Part shown: positions 38,125 to 45,325 of the stretch, piece after piece | How positions within the stretch are numbered: the first letter of the stretch is position 1 | Layout: each line of letters begins with the position of its first letter | Origin: Acetobacteraceae bacterium | Lineage (GTDB): Bacteria > Pseudomonadota > Alphaproteobacteria > Acetobacterales > Acetobacteraceae | NCBI GenBank assembly: GCA_965277495.1 | Contig: OZ255824.1 | Location: 2,687,452-2,751,451, forward strand | Reading direction: 5' to 3' | DNA: 64,000 bases | The notes under the pieces: model-generated | Database searches by the model: none | What the model saw: only the letters and a program-made list of their open reading frames with translations | What the model was told of the DNA's origin: nothing | Position numbers and translations under genes: made by a program

Positions 38125-38207
38125 CATGGGCGCCATTCAGGGATGGACAGCCGTCGCTCCGTCAGCCAGCTTTTATCCGCAACGAGCGAGCCGCGAGCAC
38201 GACAGCC

Positions 38208-38999
38208 ATGGCCGAGAAGCCCAACTTTGTCCTAGTGCCAGACCCCGACGCGAACACCGCGGGCCCCAGCCCCCCGATTCCGGCCCTGTTCAACCGGCTT
38301 CGTCGCGCGGCGGCGTCCGCCATCTCCGCGCTGCCGTACCGCCCGGCAGCGATATCGGCCGCGGACCCCACGGCGCTCACCGACGCCACCGTGCCAGGTC
38401 GGCCCAGGCTGCTGTTCGGCTTCGATGCCACCGCGTCGCGTGAGCCGGCCTGGGCCACGGCTCGCCAGGTCACCGACGCCCTCGTGCGCGCGCTGCCGGG
38501 CGAACTCGACATCGCCCTTGCCGTCCACGGCGGCTCCCGCCTGCATACCTTCACCGATTTCACCGCGGACCCGAACACGCTGCGTGACCGCGCCGCGACG
38601 ATCACCTGCGCCGCAGGCCAGACCCAGCTCCTGCCGATCCTTTCGCGCGCGCTCGCGTTGCCTGGCATCCGGGTCATCACCTACATCGGCGACGTTTACG
38701 AGGAGTCTCCCGCACGTGGCCGCAAGCTTGCGGACGAGCTTGGGCGCCGGGGCATCAAGCTTATTGTCTTTCACGACACCGCCGACTGGGCCGCGCGCCG
38801 GGACGCCGAGCTGTTCCTCGATCTTGCGCGCCGGACCGGCGGCTGCGTCCTGCCGTTCGATGCCACCGCTGCCGGACGGTTGCGCGAGTTGCTCGCCGCG
38901 GTCGCGGTTTACGCCGTGGGTGGCAAGGCGATGCTGCAGGACAAGCGTGGCGAGCTGCCCGGCGCCGTGATCCTGCTCCAGCATCTTGATGGAAAATGA
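38208..38999 (+). CDS. Stand-alone vWA-domain protein
   Basis: LLFGFDATASR (MIDAS DxTxS), later Thr, and YIGDVYEE Asp. Confidence 0.8.
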   Translation: MAEKPNFVLVPDPDANTAGPSPPIPALFNRLRRAAASAISALPYRPAAISAADPTALTDATVPGRPRLLFGFDATASREPAWATARQVTDALVRALPGELDIALAVHGGSRLHTFTDFTADPNTLRDRAATITCAAGQTQLLPILSRALALPGIRVITYIGDVYEESPARGRKLADELGRRGIKLIVFHDTADWAARRDAELFLDLARRTGGCVLPFDATAAGRLRELLAAVAVYAVGGKAMLQDKRGELPGAVILLQHLDGK

Positions 39000-39066
39000 G
39001 TCCGGCCGGAATGTGCCGGTGGCGTCATGGCGTCACCGGCATCGGCGGATAAGAGGCGGCTCCGTT

Positions 39067-39705
39067 TCACGCAGGCACGCGGTCCCGATCCGCTACGAAC
39101 TCGATGAGGATGGGCCGGTGATCGGACTTGCCATAGTTGAGCGCCGTGGCGGCCGTGCACGACAGCCCGCGCACCAGGCAGCGGTCCAGCCGGAGCGGCA
39201 CGAAACCATACGCCAGATGGGTCGTGCGGCGGGGCCCGACATCGGCAAAGCCCGGCAGCGCGACCGTGCCCAGGGCATTGTAGTCGCCGATCACGATGTC
39301 GAGCCGCCGATGGCTGTCCAGCAGGTGGCGGAGCTGGCGCCGGTTGGCCAACTGGCCATGGTCCAGGTGCACGTTCGCCACCTCCAGGGCGCCCAGGTGC
39401 ACGATGAGGGCCACGCGGGACGCCACCGCGCGAAAGATCGGCATCGGCAGGTCGAGCCGGGTGGCCAGCGGCAGCGCCTCGGTGGCAGCCGCGAAGGGCT
39501 GCGGGCTCCAGGCTGCCGGACCGTGGTTGCGCCGGCCCATCGCCTTGCGGACGTAGTGGCCGCCGATCAGCCCGGGCAGCGCGTCGATGGGTTCCGTCGC
39601 TTCCTGCATCAGCACCAGGTCTGGGCGGTGCCGTTCAATCAGGCGGCCGATGTCCGCCACGTCCGCGCCGCCGGTTTTCAGCAGGTTCCAGCTCAAGATG
39701 CGCAT
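39067..39705 (-). CDS. Endonuclease/exonuclease/phosphatase (EEP) family protein
   Basis: MRILSWNL, DLVLMQE, NVHLD, IGDYN, LDR, SDHRP. Confidence 0.85.
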   Translation of the reverse strand: MRILSWNLLKTGGADVADIGRLIERHRPDLVLMQEATEPIDALPGLIGGHYVRKAMGRRNHGPAAWSPQPFAAATEALPLATRLDLPMPIFRAVASRVALIVHLGALEVANVHLDHGQLANRRQLRHLLDSHRRLDIVIGDYNALGTVALPGFADVGPRRTTHLAYGFVPLRLDRCLVRGLSCTAATALNYGKSDHRPILIEFVADRDRVPA

Positions 39706-39878
39706 CAGGACCGTATGGCGCCGGCGCGCTGAACGAGGCAAGGCCGATTGGGCATCAGGGCATCCCGGGACGTGAGAACAGCGTTGGAAACCTACGCCAC
39801 GCTCGAACATTGAAGCCTGGCGAGCGCGAAGAGTCCGCTGCCTGCCTTCGCCGGCAAATGGATCAAGGAGGATGGCAT

Positions 39879-40196
39879 ATGTTGGACCAAAAGCGGGTCG
39901 TCGCAGTCGCGGCAGCCCTCATGCTTGGCTTGTCGATGCACGCCGCGTCCGCCCAAACCGGCAAAGCCCCTGGCGAAACCAATTCGAGCAACATGGGGCC
40001 GGCGACCGGCAATAACGCCGGGGCCAACAACGGCGTCGGCACCGCCGGTTCGCTCGACCACGATGCCGGAAGCGCCAGCAGCACGGTGACCGGCGTGAAC
40101 GGGGGCAAGACCAACTTCGGCGGCAGCGCGTCCAAGCCCGCGGGCGGCGAAATGGAATCCGACCCGGCGCAAGGCGGCGGCAAGCCCCACACGTAG
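39879..40196 (+). CDS. Small secreted Gly/Asn/Ser-rich low-complexity protein
   Basis: SD AAGGAGG; signal peptide ending ASA-Q; disordered mature part. Confidence 0.75.
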   Translation: MLDQKRVVAVAAALMLGLSMHAASAQTGKAPGETNSSNMGPATGNNAGANNGVGTAGSLDHDAGSASSTVTGVNGGKTNFGGSASKPAGGEMESDPAQGGGKPHT

Positions 40197-40201
40197 CAAT
40201 G

Positions 40202-42199
40202 TCAGCGGTAGTCGTCGGTCGTCCGGGTTGGAGGCCGCGCCGGCCCGGCATAAGGATCGAGATTGTGCCGCGTCTGCGCCACGACCCGGCAATCCCCGCA
40301 CATCCGGATGCGGTCGGTGATGGCCGGGTCGGTGAACATCCAGTGGCGGCCCTCCAACTGCGCCACGACCCGGTCGATTGAGGATTTGATCCCGAACGGC
40401 TTGGCGCAGCGGACGCAGATCGCCGGCGGCTCCTCGTTCAGCACGATTTCGGCCTTCCGGGCCATGCCGAACACCGCCCGCGGCTCAAGGCTCACCACAT
40501 TCTCCGGGCAGGTGGTCTGGCACAGGCCGCATTGCACGCACAGGTCCTCGACGAACTTCAGCATCGGGCGCTCGCTGTGGTCCCGCAACGCCGAGGTTGG
40601 GCAAGCCGATACGCAGGCCAGGCACAAGGTGCAGCCTTGCGTATTGACATGCACACGGCCAATCGGCGCGCCGCGCGGCAACGGAACCGCGTCCATCGGC
40701 GTCGGCGCTGCATTCCGCACCGCGTTCAATGCCTGCGTGGTCAGGGCCATCTTGTCGCCGGTCGGCATGTAGGGCGCCGGAGCCATGCCGTCCCGGTGCG
40801 GCATGTCCTGCAAGGCTGCGGCGAGCTCGAACGGATCATCGGCAACGAGCGGCGCGAGCCGTCCTGCGCCATGGCCGAGCGGGCCGAGGATCGCCTCCAG
40901 CAACCCCGCCTCACGCCCAATCGCATCCTGCCGGGCCTGGTCGCGGCGGCCTGAAAGCACGCGCAGTTCGGCGGCGCCGAAGGCGAAGGCGGTGGCGAAC
41001 ATGTCCAGCCCGAACTGCCCCGCCATCGCGACCGGGATCACCCGTGCCGGCAGTCCGTCGCCGTGCCGGCCCAGCATATCGATAAGCGGCGCGCCGTGTG
41101 CCGCGTCATGCAGCAGCAGCACGGGCGCCTGCCCCCCGGCGCGGTGATACGCGCCGAGCAGGGTGCGCAGCAACCGGGCCGTCGCCTCCGCGGTTGGCGT
41201 CGCGAGCCGCACCGCCGAGGTTGGGCACACCGCCGCGCAGGTGCCGCAGCCGGCGCAGACGTGCGGGTCGACGGCTACGCTGTCGCCCGCCGGGCTGATC
41301 GCGCCGGTGGGGCAGACGTCCAGGCAGCGGGTGCAGCCGACCTGGCCCGACCGGGAATGCGCGCAGAGGTCCGGCTGCAGCGCCACGTAGCGCGGTTTGC
41401 TGAATGCGCCCACCAGGTCAGAGGCGGCAAACAGCGCCCGCTGCACCCCGACGGGGTCGTCCGGCGACGCGCGCAAATAGCCATAGCGGTGCTCGTGCGC
41501 CGGGAACATCGGCAGCCCGCCGCTGAGGTCGATGATGACGTCGCAGCGTGATTTGGCGCCGTTGCGGGCCGGGCCGAACTGGAGCACGCGGCGCGAGGAC
41601 GGCGAAGGCAGGGCGAACCCGTCCACCACGAGGTCGAATGCGCCGAGGTAGCCGGTGGCGCGGACGATGGTGCCGCGCACGACCGGAAACTCGTCGACCC
41701 GCGGCGGCGTCAGCTCCGCCGACCCCGCGATGATGACCGTGAGGTCGAGCCGGTCCTTCAATTGCTCCGCCGCCGCGATCGCAATGTCGTCGCGGCCGTA
41801 GATGACGGTCACGCCCTCCGACTGCAGCGCGACCTCGGCGGGCGGCGCGGATTCTGCCGCCTGCGCCGCGGCGGCGATCAGGGCGGCCATCTTCGGCAGC
41901 GCCTGCCCGGCCTCGTCCGACCAGCCCGCGCTCTCCCGGATGTTGACGAAATCGAGCTTGGCGGCGGATGCGGTGTCGGCATGGGCCTGGCGAAAGGCCG
42001 GCGCCTCCTGGGTGCAGGCGACCAGCACCGGGCCGGGCCCGGCCACGGCCTCGGTGAACCGGCCCAGCTCTGCGCCGCACAGCTCGTGGGCCAGCGGCGC
42101 GCCCGCATCGGCGCCGCAGGCCCGCGCGAGCGCCCCGGCCTCGATCGGCATGGTGGCCTGGCAGGTGCAAGCAAGAATTGTACGCCCGTGCAGTTTCAT
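40202..42199 (-). CDS. Multi-[4Fe-4S] ferredoxin with HdrA/MvhD-like segments (FDH-cluster associated)
   Basis: ACTCQ, ACTQE, NIRESAGWS; CAHS...CTRCLDVCP, CAGCGTCAAVCP, CTLCLACVSACP, CVQCGLCQTTCP, CVRC...CGDC. Confidence 0.88.
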   Translation of the reverse strand: MKLHGRTILACTCQATMPIEAGALARACGADAGAPLAHELCGAELGRFTEAVAGPGPVLVACTQEAPAFRQAHADTASAAKLDFVNIRESAGWSDEAGQALPKMAALIAAAAQAAESAPPAEVALQSEGVTVIYGRDDIAIAAAEQLKDRLDLTVIIAGSAELTPPRVDEFPVVRGTIVRATGYLGAFDLVVDGFALPSPSSRRVLQFGPARNGAKSRCDVIIDLSGGLPMFPAHEHRYGYLRASPDDPVGVQRALFAASDLVGAFSKPRYVALQPDLCAHSRSGQVGCTRCLDVCPTGAISPAGDSVAVDPHVCAGCGTCAAVCPTSAVRLATPTAEATARLLRTLLGAYHRAGGQAPVLLLHDAAHGAPLIDMLGRHGDGLPARVIPVAMAGQFGLDMFATAFAFGAAELRVLSGRRDQARQDAIGREAGLLEAILGPLGHGAGRLAPLVADDPFELAAALQDMPHRDGMAPAPYMPTGDKMALTTQALNAVRNAAPTPMDAVPLPRGAPIGRVHVNTQGCTLCLACVSACPTSALRDHSERPMLKFVEDLCVQCGLCQTTCPENVVSLEPRAVFGMARKAEIVLNEEPPAICVRCAKPFGIKSSIDRVVAQLEGRHWMFTDPAITDRIRMCGDCRVVAQTRHNLDPYAGPARPPTRTTDDYR

Positions 42200-42303
42200 T
42201 CAGCGTCCATCCCCTGCCGGTCCCTATGCACGGCAGCGCGGCATACATATGCTTGCTATCGCCTGGATGTGCCACCCATTGCCCGTATTAAGGAGAGGCT
42301 GCC

Positions 42304-42885
42304 ATCGACCAACCGCTTACCCTGCCGCCCGGCTTCCATGCCCTGCCCGGCGGCGATGATCCCTGGGGAGCCGCGGTCCGCGCCGCGCCGGATGCAGAGC
42401 CTGGCAGCGTGTTCTGGGACGGGGCGCAGGGCCGGTGCCGTGCGGCCTTCGTTTTCACGCCGGACCGTCCGCTCACCGCCGGGCTGCTGCTCGACCTCGG
42501 CGCGCTCGCGCTGTTCGACGCCATCGCGGTGCTGTCGCCGCCGCAGGTGCCGGTGCACCTCCTGCCGCCGGACGGCCTGGCGGTCGATGGCGGCCGGGTC
42601 GCGACCCTGCGGGCCACCGCGGCGTCCGCCGGCGCGGATGACGTGCCGGAGTGGGCGGTGCTCGAGTTCGACGCCGCCGTGAGCATCAGCGTGGCCGCGC
42701 CTGGCGAGACGCCGGACCGGACCTCGTTGGCCGAGGAGGGGTTCGGGGATGTCGCCCCGTCCGACCTGCTGATGCATATGTGCCGCCATTTGCTGGGCTG
42801 GCTCGACGTATGGCGCGAGGACGGCGCGGCGGCGCTACGCCGGGCCGTAGCGCAGCGGGCGGCCCCTGCGTCGGTGGCGGCATGA
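42304..42885 (+). CDS. Biotin/lipoate-protein-ligase-like protein of FDH clusters, probable non-canonical ATC start
   Basis: The frame of track ORF 42409 extends upstream (IDQPLTLPPGFHAL) to TAA 42289-42291. SD AGGAGAGG at 42291-42298 is followed by ATC 42304. AFVFTPD, SLAEEG and DLLMHMCRHLLGWLDVW segments. Confidence 0.7.
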   Translation: MDQPLTLPPGFHALPGGDDPWGAAVRAAPDAEPGSVFWDGAQGRCRAAFVFTPDRPLTAGLLLDLGALALFDAIAVLSPPQVPVHLLPPDGLAVDGGRVATLRATAASAGADDVPEWAVLEFDAAVSISVAAPGETPDRTSLAEEGFGDVAPSDLLMHMCRHLLGWLDVWREDGAAALRRAVAQRAAPASVAA

Positions 42886-43403
42886 CGCTCCGGCTGCCGC
42901 GGACCATCCAGCTCGACGCCTCCGACCGGTCGGTGTTCGACCACGCGGCGGAACCCGGCGAATGGGCGGTCACCGGGTCGTTCGTCTTTTTGGATGACGA
43001 TCCCGAGGAAGTTACCCGCAAGCGGCGGCAGGCGTTCCAGCACGGTTTCCTGGGCACCGCGAGCTTCGGCTGGTCCACGCTGGTGATGGTGGCCGACGCC
43101 CCGGATGCGGTGGTGCGGTCGGTGACGGACGCGCTCGCGCAGCATTTCGTGGACCGGCACGGCGCGCCCTCCTTGGCGGCGGCGCGCGAGGTGGCGGAGC
43201 GCGAGATCGCCTTTGCCGCAAGCCTGTGCGGGCACCCGGTCGGCACGTTGCTGACCATCTTTCGCCAACATGGGCCGGACGGTGTCGTCGAGCAGTTCGC
43301 GACCGTCACCCGGGACGCCGCGCCCGGCATCGACGCCGGTCCGGATTTTGGCCAGCCGTTCGACCTGCTCGCCCTCGCTGCCCAGCGGAGCGACGCGACG
43401 TGA
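42882..43403 (+). CDS. DUF6505-like protein
   Basis: LPRTIQLDASDRSVF..AAEPGEWAV.GSF; RQAFQHGFLG..SFGWST. ATGA coupling. Confidence 0.75.
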   Translation: MTLRLPRTIQLDASDRSVFDHAAEPGEWAVTGSFVFLDDDPEEVTRKRRQAFQHGFLGTASFGWSTLVMVADAPDAVVRSVTDALAQHFVDRHGAPSLAAAREVAEREIAFAASLCGHPVGTLLTIFRQHGPDGVVEQFATVTRDAAPGIDAGPDFGQPFDLLALAAQRSDAT

Positions 43404-43906
43404 ACGGCCAGGAGCGGCGCGAGGTCGGGGTGATCGCCGAGTGGCAGGCGGTGGACAGCCCCTGGTGCGACCACCGCTGGCGGGTGACGGAGGTGCTGCC
43501 GGGTCCGGCGGCGGTGACGCCCTGGGCCGTGCTGGACGAGGGGCCGGGCGTCCGGCGCTATTTTGCCGGCAATGCCGAGCTGTTGCTGTTTCCGCTCGAG
43601 ACCGACACGTTGAAGCATAACCTGGAGGGGCGGCAGCCGGCGGTTTACGTGTTCCTGCGCACGACTGCGGATGCGCCGGGCATGGCGTTGCTCGGCGCGA
43701 CCGTGTGCGCCGGTGAGGCGCAGGCGCATGTCGACACCGGGTCGGACCTGGTCGAGGGCGTGCCGATGCCGCCGGAGATCGCGGCGTGGATTTCGGGCTT
43801 CGTGAAGCGGCACCACGTGGACCGCCCAAGCTATAAGCGGCGGCGGGACCGTTGGCAGAACGGCGGCGGGCCGCACGCCGAGGCGGACGCCGATGACGAT
43901 GGATGA
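43400..43906 (+). CDS. DUF3305 family protein
   Basis: SPWCDHRWR, YKHNL-like TLKHNL, VEGVPMP, YKRRRD. GTGA coupling. Confidence 0.8.
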   Translation: MNGQERREVGVIAEWQAVDSPWCDHRWRVTEVLPGPAAVTPWAVLDEGPGVRRYFAGNAELLLFPLETDTLKHNLEGRQPAVYVFLRTTADAPGMALLGATVCAGEAQAHVDTGSDLVEGVPMPPEIAAWISGFVKRHHVDRPSYKRRRDRWQNGGGPHAEADADDDG

Positions 43907-44429
43907 GGGACTGCTGCGCCGCTGGTCCCGGCGCAAGCAGGCTGCAAAGGCCGAACCGGCGCCGGTCGAAATCATTGCGCCCATGGAGCCTGCTGCCCCG
44001 CCTCCAGGGCCGGCGCCGGCAGACTTGCCGCCTTCGGATTTGCCCGCCATCGAGAGCCTTGGCGAAGCCAGCGACTATACCGCCTTTCTGCAAAAGGGCG
44101 TGACGGCGGCGGTGCAGCAGCTTGCCCTCAGGCGCGCATGGGTGAGCGACGAGCGGATTGCCGGGTTCCGCGGCATGGCCGAGTATGCCTGGGACTTCAA
44201 CGCTCCGTCCTATGGGCGGCTGTGGCCGGCCGACAACGTGGCGCAACTGCTGCGGGCGGTGCTTGAGACCCCGGCCGAGGAACCGCCCGTCGAGACGGAG
44301 CAGTCCGTCGCCCTCACCGCCGAGCCGGACATCCCCGCGCCGGATCCGGTCGCCGAGCCGCAACGCGAGGCCGAGGCGCCTGCGGAATCAGGCAGGGTCC
44401 GCCGCCACGGCAGCGCGCTGCCGTGCTAG
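43893..44429 (+). CDS. DUF3306 family protein
   Basis: LLRRWSRRK, SDYTAFL, ALRRAW, EYAWDFN. Confidence 0.8.
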   Translation: MTMDEGLLRRWSRRKQAAKAEPAPVEIIAPMEPAAPPPGPAPADLPPSDLPAIESLGEASDYTAFLQKGVTAAVQQLALRRAWVSDERIAGFRGMAEYAWDFNAPSYGRLWPADNVAQLLRAVLETPAEEPPVETEQSVALTAEPDIPAPDPVAEPQREAEAPAESGRVRRHGSALPC

Positions 44430-44482
44430 GGACAGCGGGGTCGTTGCCGTATGCAAATCGTGCATTGTCAAGCTGCTGCGAT

Positions 44483-44496
44483 TTGATAAGTATCGC
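44483..44496 (+). promoter_or_regulatory. FNR/FixK-like box (imperfect)
   Basis: TTGAT-AAGT-ATCGC versus consensus TTGAT-N4-ATCAA (8/10), in an AT-rich 100-bp gap before the TorD-like gene. Confidence 0.3.
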
Positions 44497-44528
44497 GCGC
44501 AATCGATCGGGGACGCGAAATCAACCCT

Positions 44529-45125
44529 TTGGCGCATAAGTTGGACGAGGTCGAGACGGCGCGCGCGCTGGTGTACCGGATGCTCGGCCACGCCCTGGCC
44601 CAGCCGCCTGACGCTCGGCTTCTGGCGCGGCTTGCCGGCGTGGACGGCGATGGCAGCTCGGTCGGCCTGGCGTTGCGGGAACTGGCGGCGCAGGCGTCCG
44701 GCTGTTCCATCGAGGCCGCGCGCGCCGAGTATAACGCCCTGTTCATCGGCGTGGCCCGCGGCGAGCTGCTGCCCTACGCGTCGTTCTACCTGACCGGCTT
44801 CCTGCATGAACGCCCATTGGCCCGGCTGCGCACCGACCTGGCGCGGCTCGGCTTCGTGCGGGCGCCGGGCCGGTCGGACCCCGAGGACCATATCGCGACG
44901 GTGTGCGAGGTGATGGCGAGCCTTACCGAACGCGGACCCGTCGCCGGGGCGGAGTTTTTCGCCCGGCACTTGGCGCCATGGGGCACTAGCTTTTTCACCG
45001 ACCTGGAACGGGCCAATGCGGCGCGCCTGTATCGCCCGATCGGCGCCATTGGCCGGTTGATGGTCGAGTTGGACCGCCAAGGCTTCGCCTACGCCGAAAC
45101 ACCCCCACAACGAGGTGCAGCATGA
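44529..45125 (+). CDS. TorD/DmsD family redox-enzyme maturation chaperone
   Basis: EYNALFIGVARGELLPYASFYLTG, PEDHIA, FFARHLAPW. Confidence 0.9.
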   Translation: MAHKLDEVETARALVYRMLGHALAQPPDARLLARLAGVDGDGSSVGLALRELAAQASGCSIEAARAEYNALFIGVARGELLPYASFYLTGFLHERPLARLRTDLARLGFVRAPGRSDPEDHIATVCEVMASLTERGPVAGAEFFARHLAPWGTSFFTDLERANAARLYRPIGAIGRLMVELDRQGFAYAETPPQRGAA

Positions 45126-45316
45126 CCGATAAGCCCGATACGCCCGTCCGGGCAAACCGGCGCGCCTTCCTCCGCGGCGCCGGCATCGCCGCCGTCGCCG
45201 CCCCCTTGTCCGCCAGCGCCGCCGAAAAGCTGGTGCAGCCGACCAGCCACCAGGCTCCGGCGCGCTATAAGGACAGCGAGCACGTCCAGCAATTCTACGC
45301 GCTGAACCGCCGTTAG
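45122..45316 (+). CDS. Formate dehydrogenase region small Tat-target protein
   Basis: NRRAFL twin-arginine signal; C-terminal YKDSEHVQQFYALNR. Confidence 0.85.
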   Translation: MTDKPDTPVRANRRAFLRGAGIAAVAAPLSASAAEKLVQPTSHQAPARYKDSEHVQQFYALNRR

Positions 45317-45325
45317 AGGCCCGCC

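Noticed and set aside
42225-42252. Recurring TATGC/GCATA half-sites here, at 15108 and at 44450 as a shared regulon motif
   Set aside because: Spacing differs at each site (11, 5 and 7 nt) and the genes are not clearly co-regulated.
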